This document shows, piece after piece, positions 8,983 through 18,042 of a stretch of 64,000 nt of DNA (within the stretch, counting starts at the first letter, position 1; every line of letters begins with the position of its first letter). The stretch is taken from assembly GCA_965203485.1 (NCBI GenBank), contig OZ241892.1, forward strand, positions 224,001 through 288,000. Reading direction: 5' to 3'. The notes beneath the pieces were generated by a model. That model ran no database searches and had not been told where the DNA came from. It saw nothing but the letters and a program-made list of their open reading frames with translations. Source of the stretch: Longimicrobiales bacterium. GTDB lineage: Bacteria > Gemmatimonadota > Gemmatimonadetes > Longimicrobiales > Gaopeijiaceae. A program made the position numbers and the translations under genes.

Positions 8983-10536
8983 ATGATATTCGACTTGGCC
9001 AAGGATCGGCTTCGGGGGCTGGCCCGGCGGGCAGGGCCCGTCCTGGCCTCGGTGGAAGGGCGTCCTGGCCTCTCGCCTCTGCCGTTCGTGCTGGAGGCGA
9101 CGCAGTCGTTCCGCCGGGTCGTGTTCGAGCCGCCGGGGCTGAGCGACCGAGCCAATCTGGCGGCCTTCGCGGAGCAGGTCCGTCCCCTCGTGAGCGATGC
9201 CCGGGCGGCCTCGCCGCGACGGCGGACGGACGTCTGGAACCTGCCTGCGTGGGACCCGTGGTCGTCTGCGCCTGCGGCGTCGGCGCTTCCCCGAGAGTGG
9301 CCCGGCCTGCTGGCCCTCCTGCCGCGGTCGGCGCCGCTCACGCTGGTGATCAACGAGCCGGACGGGCTCGCGGCGGTCAACCGGAGGTTCTGGCGGCTCT
9401 TGGGCGACGCGTGGCTGGCCGCTCGCCGCCGGGGCCAGCGCGTCCACGTCTTCCTCGTTCGGGCCGAACGCGGGCTCGGCCGCCGGCTGAACGCGCCCGG
9501 ATCTCCCTTTCGCGAGCCCAGCGCGGCCTTGGGATCCCGGCCGGTCGCCGATCCGGCCGAAGTCATGGAGGTCGGCGTCGGCAGCCACTACGACTTGGCG
9601 AGCGCGTTCCCCGAGTGGCGCGGCCGGCATCTGCTGCTGGGCTGGGCTCTCTTCGGCGGCCTTCCGAGCACGTGGGCGGCGGTACGGAGCGTCGCGGAGC
9701 CGAACGCGAACCCGCCCTTCGGCCCGGCGGACGCGCTGCGCGCCTGCTTGGCCCGCGCGGACAGCCCGCTCGCGTCGGCGCCCAGGGACCGCCTCGAACG
9801 GCGAGTCCAGAAGGTGTCCCGCTACGCGTCGATCCTGAGCGCGGTGGCCCAAGGCGCCGCCAGCTGGGGCCAAGTGTCGGCGGCTCTCGGCGCCAGCGCG
9901 CCCGGCGCGGCGGGCCCGTACCTGCACCGGCTTCGGCGCTTGGGCCTGATCGACGCCGAGCGGCCCTTGGGAGCGTCTCGCTCCGGCCGGCGCACGCGCT
10001 ACCGCTTGGCCGACCCCTTCGAGGCTCTCTGGTGGTCCGCGCTGCACCCGTTGCGCTCGGCGCTCCTGACCCCGGGCGGCGCCGAACGCGCTTGGGCCGA
10101 CCGCCTGGAACCCGCCCTGCAGGCGGTTCTCGCTGCCGCCCTGCCGGCGATCTGCCGCAACTTCCTCCGCTTCGGATGCGGGGCTCTGCTGGGCGCCACG
10201 GCGCGGCGCGCAGGGCCGTTGTGGGGAGACGACTTCGACTTCCCGGCTGCCGCGACGCTCGAGAACGGCGCCGTTTGCCATGCCCACGTCCATGCGGGTC
10301 CGGGACCCGTGGAATCCTCCGCCCTTGAGGCGCTGGAAGGCGAAGTGCGCAGGTGCCCCTACGGTCGCGGCCGCCAATCCCGCTTTCGCCTTCTCGTGTC
10401 GCTCGGCGGCTTCGCGGAGCCGCTCCGCCGAGAAGCCGCCCGCAATCCCCTCGTCCGCCTAGTCGGCGCCGAAGTTCTCGGGGCGCCCCCCACCTCGGTT
10501 GCGCCGGAAGTGTTGCGCTCGACCAGGGGGGCATGA
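8983..10536 (+). CDS. Degenerate archaeal-type ATPase / wHTH / DUF234-like protein
   Basis: Layout matches the family: GRPGLSP at the Walker A position, LVINEP at Walker B, FGGLP, YLHRLRRLGLI...RYRLADPF (wHTH), GPLW..DFDF, LVSLGGF. Catalytic residues are substituted. Confidence 0.6.
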   Translation: MIFDLAKDRLRGLARRAGPVLASVEGRPGLSPLPFVLEATQSFRRVVFEPPGLSDRANLAAFAEQVRPLVSDARAASPRRRTDVWNLPAWDPWSSAPAASALPREWPGLLALLPRSAPLTLVINEPDGLAAVNRRFWRLLGDAWLAARRRGQRVHVFLVRAERGLGRRLNAPGSPFREPSAALGSRPVADPAEVMEVGVGSHYDLASAFPEWRGRHLLLGWALFGGLPSTWAAVRSVAEPNANPPFGPADALRACLARADSPLASAPRDRLERRVQKVSRYASILSAVAQGAASWGQVSAALGASAPGAAGPYLHRLRRLGLIDAERPLGASRSGRRTRYRLADPFEALWWSALHPLRSALLTPGGAERAWADRLEPALQAVLAAALPAICRNFLRFGCGALLGATARRAGPLWGDDFDFPAAATLENGAVCHAHVHAGPGPVESSALEALEGEVRRCPYGRGRQSRFRLLVSLGGFAEPLRREAARNPLVRLVGAEVLGAPPTSVAPEVLRSTRGA

Positions 10537-10614
10537 CTCGATTCGCGCTGCTTGCAAGCCTGCCGGTCGGCGCCGGCGCCCGCTTCGCGTCCTGGACGTT
10601 GCCGATGCCCGTCG

Positions 10615-12315
10615 TCAGCCTTCCACGGCAAAGTGCGTCATCATTCCCGCGTGCAAGTGCTCCGCGATGTGGCAGTGCAGCATCCAAGCGCCCGGGTTCG
10701 ACATCTCGACGAGAATGTCCATCGTGGACCCTACCGGGACGATCGCCGTGTCCTTCCACGCGAGGTTGTCGTTGGGCACGTCGTCGCGGGCGAGGACGAC
10801 GAAGCGCTGCCCGTGCACGTGCACGGGGTGGTTCATGGGGTGAAACGAGTTGGGCGAGTTGAAGACGCGAATCTTCACTAGGTCGCCCAGCTTGAACCGC
10901 CACTGAATCTCTTCGTTCTCCCGGCCCGTCTCGGCGTCGCGAAGAATCCACTTCACCTGCGTGCCCGTCGACAGCCAGTTCATCATCGGCATGGCGTCGT
11001 TCCATTCGACGGGGGGCACGTAGAGCGTGTCCGCTTCCATCGAGCGCACGATCGGCAACGGGAGACCCTGCACGCGGACGTCTGCGACCAGGGTGTGATC
11101 GGGCGGGCGGGCCACGTGTGCGCGCAGCGGAGCGAGCTCGGCGGCGACGGCCTCGTTGCGGCGCAAGACGGCGTGCGCTTCGGCGACGGCGTCGCGGACG
11201 GGCGGGCCGGAGACTTCGACCAGTGCGAGCGTGTCCACGCGCGGATAGAACTCGCCGCGGAAGTGGTTGACGGCCTGGATCGTGTTGGCGATCGCGACGC
11301 GCCCCGCCTCGGGGAACGAGACGTCCACCACGTAGCGCTCGGCGGGAGCGACCACGACGCTCCGCACCCAGGTCTCCCTCTCGAACAGGCCCACGTCGGA
11401 CGCCACCAGCTTCACGCTCGCCGAGCCGAAGGTGACGTTGAAGGTGCGCGTGTTGGCCACGTTGGTGATGAAGAAGCGAATCACCTCGCCGGGGGCCGCG
11501 TCCAGCGAATGGCCGGTCGCGCCGTTGACCAGCATCACGTTGCCGAACCGGCCCATGAGCGCGTGCGTGGGAGCTTCCTTGCCCCACGGCGCCAACCCCT
11601 GCTCGTCCATCAGGATGTCGTCGAGCGCCAGCAGCTCGTCGCGGTGGGCCGGCCCGTAGTGCTCCGGGTCGGGCGACGAAACAAGGAGGTTGCCGTACAG
11701 GCCCAGGTCCTGCTGCACGTCCTCGCGCACGTGCGGATGATACCAGAACATGCCCGCGTCGGGGACCTTGAGTTCGTAGGTGAAGGACTCGCCGGGCTGG
11801 ATCGGCGCTTGCGTGAGGCCGGGCACGCCGTCGAAGCGGTTGTCGAGGCGAAGGCCGTGCCAGTGAACCGTCGTCGGACCCTCGATCCGGTTGGTGACCC
11901 GCACCACGACGGTCGATCCCTGCGCCGCATGGATGAAGGGGCCGGGGTGCTGGCCGTTGTATCCGTACATCGCGGCGACGTGTCCGCCCAACGCGCGGCG
12001 CACGATCGACACGTCCACGTCCAGCGTGTCGCCATGCGCCATCCGCACGACTTCGCTGGGACGCGCTTCGGGCAAGTCGGCCAAGTCGACGCCCTCTCCC
12101 GCCAGGAATGCGCCCACCGGCGGCTGCGCTCCCGCCAGTCCCGGCAACATGGGCATGTTCGGGTCCATCGGCGGCATCCTCCACCCGGTCGCGGCCGTGT
12201 CGTGCCCGGCGTGCGCTCCATGTTCCATCTGCTGGGCTGCGACGGGGAAAGGAAGCGTCCCTGCCGCGACGAGCCCTGCGCAAGCGAGCCCGCGCGTCTT
12301 CGCGCGACCTGTCAT
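10615..12315 (-). CDS. Multicopper oxidase, exported
   Basis: Four Cu motifs: HWHG, WYHPH, HPVHVHG, HCHIAEHLHAGM; signal peptide; His/Met-rich N-terminus. Confidence 0.95.
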   Translation of the reverse strand: MTGRAKTRGLACAGLVAAGTLPFPVAAQQMEHGAHAGHDTAATGWRMPPMDPNMPMLPGLAGAQPPVGAFLAGEGVDLADLPEARPSEVVRMAHGDTLDVDVSIVRRALGGHVAAMYGYNGQHPGPFIHAAQGSTVVVRVTNRIEGPTTVHWHGLRLDNRFDGVPGLTQAPIQPGESFTYELKVPDAGMFWYHPHVREDVQQDLGLYGNLLVSSPDPEHYGPAHRDELLALDDILMDEQGLAPWGKEAPTHALMGRFGNVMLVNGATGHSLDAAPGEVIRFFITNVANTRTFNVTFGSASVKLVASDVGLFERETWVRSVVVAPAERYVVDVSFPEAGRVAIANTIQAVNHFRGEFYPRVDTLALVEVSGPPVRDAVAEAHAVLRRNEAVAAELAPLRAHVARPPDHTLVADVRVQGLPLPIVRSMEADTLYVPPVEWNDAMPMMNWLSTGTQVKWILRDAETGRENEEIQWRFKLGDLVKIRVFNSPNSFHPMNHPVHVHGQRFVVLARDDVPNDNLAWKDTAIVPVGSTMDILVEMSNPGAWMLHCHIAEHLHAGMMTHFAVEG

Positions 12316-12343
12316 CGGAGTCGTGCCGTGCCTGGAGCGCGCG

Positions 12344-13012
12344 CTATTCGTAGCCGTAGGCGGCGCAGTTCTCCTGCTCGAACGCGCCGTGCCCCGCCAT
12401 CGTGTGCATCATCCCGGAACGCGACATGCCGCGAACGACGACCGGGCCCGTCCAGGCCGTGGCGCCGGGGTCGAATTCGGGCTCCAGCGTGATCACGACC
12501 AGGAACTTGTTCCATGCGACGCTGCCCTTGAAGATGCCGGGATCCTCCAACGGGCCCGCGACGGCCACTTGGTCCAGCGCCGGCGTGGCGGTCCAGACGA
12601 CGAACACGCCCTGCGGCGGCAGCCTCAGCCGCTCGAAGCGCAGCGCGAAGTCGTACTCGTAGCTTCCGTCCTCGCCCAGCGCGACGCCGAAGGGAGAAGC
12701 CGAGAAGGCGACCTCGCCGGTGCCCGTCGCTGCGGCGGTGCCCGGAACGCGCCTCGTGGAGACCATCGGAAAGCGATAGTACTCGGGCCCGCGAATGTTC
12801 GTCGCGCCGCACGGCCCCGGGACGGCCGTCGCCGCCGGTTCCGCCGCGTCGCCACCCGGCGTCGCCCCCGAAATCGCGGCGGCTCCGAAGCCCAGCGCCC
12901 CCAGCGCGACGAGCCGTCTCGCCCGGGCGCCGGCGCGCCGCCGTGCCGCACTCGTGCCGGCCGCGGCCGCAGGAAGCTCCTGCCGCGACGCCGTCTTGCC
13001 GCCGGCCGTCAA
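12344..13012 (-). CDS. Hypothetical exported protein with Met/His-rich C-terminus
   Basis: TTG start overlaps the upstream stop (TTGA); RR plus hydrophobic signal; ends MSRSGMMHTMAGHGAFEQENC. Confidence 0.6.
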   Translation of the reverse strand: MTAGGKTASRQELPAAAAGTSAARRRAGARARRLVALGALGFGAAAISGATPGGDAAEPAATAVPGPCGATNIRGPEYYRFPMVSTRRVPGTAAATGTGEVAFSASPFGVALGEDGSYEYDFALRFERLRLPPQGVFVVWTATPALDQVAVAGPLEDPGIFKGSVAWNKFLVVITLEPEFDPGATAWTGPVVVRGMSRSGMMHTMAGHGAFEQENCAAYGYE

Positions 13013-14376
13013 CTGATCGGACGCCTGACCGGGCCGTTGTCCCAGTCCTGCACCGACGAGATGTTGGGCATCCCCCAGCGCTCGCCGTTCCATCCGCTGA
13101 AGCCCTCCATCTTGAAGGTCCACAGGCCAGTGGTCATGTCGCTCACCACGATCAGGCCGTCGGCGTTGCGCACGTCCACGCCGAAGGCTCCGTTGAACAT
13201 CGGGTAGCGGTCCTTGTTGGGCGGGCCGACGTACGTGTCGTAGTAGCCCACCGTGACGGGATTCTCCGGGTCCATCAGCGAGAAGACCTGCAGGCCGTCC
13301 AGGTAGCCGGACGCAAAGACGTAGGGCCAACGGACTTCGTGGTTGTGCACGAGGTTCTCCCAGTCCGCGGTCCAAGCCGAGATCGGTCGGCTGATGTTGG
13401 TCGTCTCGCCGTCGAGCGCGGGCTGGAGGTCGAAGATGCGGATCGGGGCGTACTGGTACTCGGTCTCGGCGATCACGTAGCGGCCGTCGGGGCTGGGCGT
13501 GAAGGTGTGGCCGTAGCGGACGCCGCTGATCCCCGCGAGCGAGACGCGCAGCTCCGGATTGTCCAGATCGCTCACGTCGTACACGTAGTAGCCGCCCGTG
13601 CCGCCGCCGTAGAAGCGGTCTTCTCCGGTGTCCGGATGATAGCCGACGTAGAAGTCGTGGTAGCCGCGCCCCGCGCCGCTTCCCTCGGCGGACTCCGGCA
13701 CGGGCACCTTCCCGGCCAGCGCGTTCTCCATGTCGCCCGCCACAACGCTGGCCATGTCGTAGACGTGGGCGAAGGGGCCGCGCACGGTGGCGAAGAGCAA
13801 CACGCGGCCGTCCGAATGCTTGTAGACGAAGATGTTGTGGAAGCCGCCGGGCAGACCGGGCTCGCGGATGCGCGCCACCTCGCGGACGGTGGACGGATCG
13901 GGAAGGCCGGTCACGTCGAGGACCACGGCGCCGAGGTCCGGGTTGGGGCCGCCTTGGCCGAACTGCAGGGACTGCACCACGTAGTAGCGCCCGGCCAGCT
14001 TGAAGTGCTTCACGTCCATGCCGCCGGTCCGCATGTGCAGGTCCTGGTTCTCGATCCGCCACTCGTACAGCACTTCGGGACTCTCGGGGTCGGCTATGGA
14101 CACGATGTCCAAGCCCTTGGGGCCGACGTCGCCGTACACCATGCGGCCGACGTAGGCGTAGGGCCGGTCCAGCTCCTGCTCCAGGTCCAGGTCGGAAACC
14201 GACAGCCGCGGGCCGAGCGGGGCGTGGCCGAGGACGTCCATGTTGTCGCTGCCCGGCGCCGAGGGCGTCCACTGCTGGGCGTGGGCGGCGGGGGCGGGGA
14301 GCGCGAGGAGGAGGGCGACGGCGAGCGCGGCGACGGAACGCCCGGCGCCGAGGTGACGGCAAGCGAGTACGTGCAT
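13009..14376 (-). CDS. LVIVD-repeat beta-propeller protein
   Basis: Signal peptide; repeated blades GLDIVSIADP, AVVLDVTG, YYVYDVSD, GLQVFSLMDP; HNIF, HDFY, HTF and HNHEV motifs. Confidence 0.8.
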   Translation of the reverse strand: MHVLACRHLGAGRSVAALAVALLLALPAPAAHAQQWTPSAPGSDNMDVLGHAPLGPRLSVSDLDLEQELDRPYAYVGRMVYGDVGPKGLDIVSIADPESPEVLYEWRIENQDLHMRTGGMDVKHFKLAGRYYVVQSLQFGQGGPNPDLGAVVLDVTGLPDPSTVREVARIREPGLPGGFHNIFVYKHSDGRVLLFATVRGPFAHVYDMASVVAGDMENALAGKVPVPESAEGSGAGRGYHDFYVGYHPDTGEDRFYGGGTGGYYVYDVSDLDNPELRVSLAGISGVRYGHTFTPSPDGRYVIAETEYQYAPIRIFDLQPALDGETTNISRPISAWTADWENLVHNHEVRWPYVFASGYLDGLQVFSLMDPENPVTVGYYDTYVGPPNKDRYPMFNGAFGVDVRNADGLIVVSDMTTGLWTFKMEGFSGWNGERWGMPNISSVQDWDNGPVRRPIS

Positions 14377-14536
14377 GGTTTGGGGCTCCTGCTGCTTGGG
14401 GACTTCGCGGCTTCGGGAGATGCTTCCTCAAGATGGCGAGTCGGCGCGTCTTCCGAAACCTTGGGTTGCCGGACAGCCGACCGGGGCGCATTCTGGGCAA
14501 CGGCGCATTCCGATTCGGGAACGACATCACTTGGCG

Positions 14537-15288
14537 TATGGAGGCAAACGATGGACCGGACGGCAACCGGCGCTTCGGCGGAGATTCGATGCTACTCGGC
14601 AGGGCCGAAACAAGTCTACGCCACCGAGCTGGTGCGCTCCGGCGAGGCTGGGCGGCCGGGCCGCAGGTGGGTGGGACACAGCGCCGAGGGCGAGACGGCG
14701 GACACGGTCGAGGCGCTGCCGGGGGCGGGGGAACCGGGGCGTCATGTGCGAGTGGGGCGAAGGCATGATCGGCTTCTTCGAGGTTCCGTTTGGCGCGAGG
14801 CGCGTCCAGCACCCGGGCCCGGACGGCTTGCGGTACTCGGCCATGACCGACGAGTACAAGATCGTCGCGACCCGCGGAGCCGACACCGTGCGGGTGATCT
14901 AGCGCGTATTGCCCGCGGAGCAGGTGAGCGACGCGGAATGGAGCGCCGTGGAAGAGGAATGGGACCAGTGGATCGCGGAGCGTCCCGGCGCATCCTGCGA
15001 TCCTCGGCGTTCGGTCCGCCCAGTCGCAAAGCCCGTCGTGGTCGATCTCTTTTTGGGACCTCGGCGGCACGATGTTCGTCGAGGTTGAGCACGACGGCGG
15101 GAACTACTGGGAAGCCTTCGACCCCCGGCGCGCTGGTGGGCCGCCTGCCGGCGCCGCGCCGAAAAGAGGGCATCGGAACCTCGTCGCTCGTGCCCCCCGC
15201 CTTCGGAGACGATCTCGTCGCGGCGATCCGACAGGACAGCCTCGACCTGGACCACATGGACGTCTTCGGGATCGGAGGGAGACGCTGA
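14537..15288 (+). pseudogene. Fragmented beta-propeller protein gene (3' remnant)
   Basis: Pieces in different frames (AMTDEYKIVATRGADTVRVI*, MFVEVEHDGGNYWEAFDP, AIRQDSLDLDHMDVF) resemble the C-terminus of the 5345-6520 type of protein. Confidence 0.5.
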
Positions 15289-15474
15289 CGGCCGCCGAGT
15301 CAGCGTCGACTGCGCCGCGGCCGCGTGTCCGCCCCCCGACCTCGGCCGCTCTCCTTGCAGCGTGGGCCGCTCGATCGTAGATTCCTGCATTGTGCGTGCG
15401 TCCGTGCAACTCCAACCCACTCGCTCCGGCCGTGTTCCGGCGAGATGATGGACAACCCTAACGCCGAGGCTGCA

Positions 15475-16650
15475 ATGTTCCTCCACGAGGTTATTCTCAG
15501 CAATGTTCTGTCGTTCGGTTCTGAGACTACCCTAGGGATGAAGCCCCTGAACGTCCTCGTCGGACCAAACGGCTCTGGCAAGTCTAACTTCATCGAGGCC
15601 CTTGGGTTGGTACGCGCCGCGCCAACCGACATTCGCGTACCAATCCGAGAAGGGGGAGGCATTGTGGATTGGCTGTGGAGAGGGAAGTGCCGACCCTCGT
15701 CGGCTCGCCTGGAAGTCGTGGTGGACAACCCTGGAAGGCAACAGTCGCTCCGCTATAGTCTGGAGTTTGGGGCAAGCGCCGGGCGCTTCGAGCTATTGAC
15801 CGAAAAACTCGAGAATCAACACCCATATCCTGGCAAGAACGACCCGTACATTTACCTGACCTCCACCGGCGGACGGGCCACGTTGAACTACCGTGACCCC
15901 CACAATGAGCAGCAACGTCGACAACTCCGACCGGAAGATGTCGATTTCGATCAATCCATCCTAGCGCAGAGGAAGGATCCAGATCACTATCCAGAGATCA
16001 CATACTTGGGACGCCAGCTAGGCAAGATGCGTCTGTATCGTGAGTGGACCTTTGGGCGCAACACGCCTCCGAGACTGCCGCAGAAGCCCGACCTTCCCAA
16101 CGACTTTCTCTTGGAAGACGGCAGCAATCTTGGACTCATCCTCAGCCGCTTGGCGTTGGATGTCGAGACGAAGCAAGCCGTGCTGGAGGCGTTGCATCAG
16201 CTATACGACGGCATATCTAACTTTCACGTCGTTGTCCAAAATAACGCCGCCCAGTTGTTCTTGCAGGAAGGCAACATGATGATTCCCGCGACGAGATTGT
16301 CAGACGGCACTCTGAGGTACCTGTGCTTGTTGACCGTGTTGTGCGACCCCGAGCCGCCCCCGCTAGTGTGCTTGGAGGAGCCGGAGCTGGGTCTTCACCC
16401 GGACGTGTTGCCGCAGTTGGCCGACCTTCTGCGCGACGCTTCCCGGCGATGTCAGTTGGTCGTCACCACGCATTCGGACACGTTGGTCGATGCGCTCACT
16501 GAAGACGCGGACGTGGTCGTGGTGTGCGAGAAGCATGACGGCAAGACAACTATGAAGCGGCTGGATCCGGCAAAACTGTCCGATTGGCTGAAGGAATACC
16601 GCTTGGGCCAACTGTGGAGTGCAGGAAAGATCGGGGGGAACAGATGGTGA
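15475..16650 (+). CDS. ABC-type ATPase (AAA_21 / COG4637-like)
   Basis: Walker A GPNGSGKSN, signature LSDGTLR, Walker B LEEPELGLHP, H-loop TTHS, C-terminal LGQLW..GKIGG. Confidence 0.9.
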   Translation: MFLHEVILSNVLSFGSETTLGMKPLNVLVGPNGSGKSNFIEALGLVRAAPTDIRVPIREGGGIVDWLWRGKCRPSSARLEVVVDNPGRQQSLRYSLEFGASAGRFELLTEKLENQHPYPGKNDPYIYLTSTGGRATLNYRDPHNEQQRRQLRPEDVDFDQSILAQRKDPDHYPEITYLGRQLGKMRLYREWTFGRNTPPRLPQKPDLPNDFLLEDGSNLGLILSRLALDVETKQAVLEALHQLYDGISNFHVVVQNNAAQLFLQEGNMMIPATRLSDGTLRYLCLLTVLCDPEPPPLVCLEEPELGLHPDVLPQLADLLRDASRRCQLVVTTHSDTLVDALTEDADVVVVCEKHDGKTTMKRLDPAKLSDWLKEYRLGQLWSAGKIGGNRW

Positions 16651-17249
16651 CGGTGTTTGTCGAAGGAGGAGGAGATACACGCGAACTGAAAAGCCGTTGC
16701 CGCAAAGGGTTTAGCGAGTTCTTTCGCCACGCCGGCCTTAAGAACCGAATGCCTCGCGTTGTAGCGTGCGGTGGGCGGGGCAACGCCTACGACAAATTCT
16801 GCCGTAGCTTGGACATTCCGGTGGACGGCCATGTTGCCATCCTGCTCGTCGACAGTGAGGAGCAAGTCAGCCAAGAAGTTGGGCCATGGTCCCACTTGCG
16901 AAAGCGGGATGGGTGGCAGAAGCCGCCGGGTGCCACTGACGACCAGGCGCAACTGATGGTTCAGTGCATGGAGGCGTGGTTCTTGGCGGACAGGGAATGC
17001 TTGGCGAAGGTCTTTGGCAAGGATTTTCGAGCAAAAGCGCTTCCGGGCAGTAAAGACATCGAAGGAATCGCGAAGGAAGACGTGATGGCCGGCCTCAAGA
17101 AAGCGACACGCCGTGGCGGAAAGCTGTACCACAAGGGCCGTCATTCATTCGTCTTGTTGGCGAAGATCGACCCGAAGAAGGTTGCCGACGCCTCGCCACA
17201 CGTAAAGCGACTGCTTGACTGCCTCGACCGGGTGTCGTGCGCGACGTGA
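16644..17249 (+). CDS. DUF4276 family (TOPRIM-like) protein
   Basis: VFVEGGG, VVACGGR, LLVDSE, LMVQCMEAWFLAD, YHKGRHS; overlaps the ATPase stop. Confidence 0.8.
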   Translation: MVTVFVEGGGDTRELKSRCRKGFSEFFRHAGLKNRMPRVVACGGRGNAYDKFCRSLDIPVDGHVAILLVDSEEQVSQEVGPWSHLRKRDGWQKPPGATDDQAQLMVQCMEAWFLADRECLAKVFGKDFRAKALPGSKDIEGIAKEDVMAGLKKATRRGGKLYHKGRHSFVLLAKIDPKKVADASPHVKRLLDCLDRVSCAT

Positions 17250-17347
17250 GCGTTACGCGACTTGACGGATTGACACAGTAATCTGGCGGAGAATCTGTCA
17301 ACGACGCCTCTGCACGGCAGAAAGCGCCGGAGCCGAGATCAGGAAAG

Positions 17348-17750
17348 TTAGTTGGTGACCAAGGGCACGCCTTCTGCCGAAGCCGCACTTCGGAGTCGGT
17401 TGTCCAGGGTAGCCAGCGGGAGCCGTCGTCGGCCAGCGAGCGCCAAATAGGCGGCGTCATAGGCCGACAGCTTCCGGCGGCGCGCTACTTCCAGGATGTC
17501 CGCGTCCTCGTCGCCTTCGTCGACTGTGATCGGAAGTTGGGCCAAAAAGGCCAGCGTATCGGCTACCTCCCGGGAGTTCTATTCGCCCTCGTCGCTCGGC
17601 AACCAGCAGTGCGTTCAGCATCTCGTATCGCCATATCCTGGGAACGACAGCGCCGGTCCGCACGACTTGTCGCATCACTTCCTCGGTTTCCGGGGTGCCC
17701 TCGTCGGCCAGGACCCAGGACAGCGCGACCGAAGCGTCCAGAACGATCAA
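17348..17750 (-). pseudogene. vapC: VapC (PIN) toxin, frameshifted
   Basis: IVLDASVALSW...WRYEMLNALL in one frame and LSAYDAAYLALA...LATLD in another; removing one base near 17577 restores the frame. Confidence 0.8.
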
Positions 17751-17915
17751 CGGCGACGCCCCTCGTGAATCCAGCGCACCAGTTCGGCAAGCGGAACGGT
17801 CCGCAGGCGCGCGCGCCGTGTTTCGAATCCGCCCTGCGGCTTGGGAAGCTCTCCGCCTTGCGTCGTCTTCCACGGGCACTAGCCGGGCGATGGGGCATCC
17901 GTGTCTCGTAGTCGG
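17747..17915 (-). pseudogene. Phd/YefM antitoxin remnant
   Basis: TTRHGCPIARLVPVE, then a frameshift to ...LAELVRWIHEGRRR* whose TGA overlaps the vapC TTG; N-terminus missing. Confidence 0.65.
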
Positions 17916-17946
17916 CACGGCTGGCCTCCTTCTGGCCGCATAAATC

Positions 17947-17968
17947 GACTGGTCGTTTAAGACTGGAC
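17947..17968. promoter_or_regulatory. Candidate TA operator (two near-palindromic boxes)
   Basis: GACTGGTC-GTTTAA-GACTGGAC just upstream of the antitoxin remnant. Confidence 0.35.
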
Positions 17969-18042
17969 GGTTCTGACGGTACTGGCTCCTCTCGGATTCG
18001 ATCAAGCCCGCGACCTGTGCGCCAAGGTCCCGGAACCATACC

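Noticed and set aside
8757..9566. 270-aa N-terminal extension of glutamine synthetase
   Set aside because: It overlaps the divergent gene and the promoter; an RBS (GGAG) supports the ATG at 8756.
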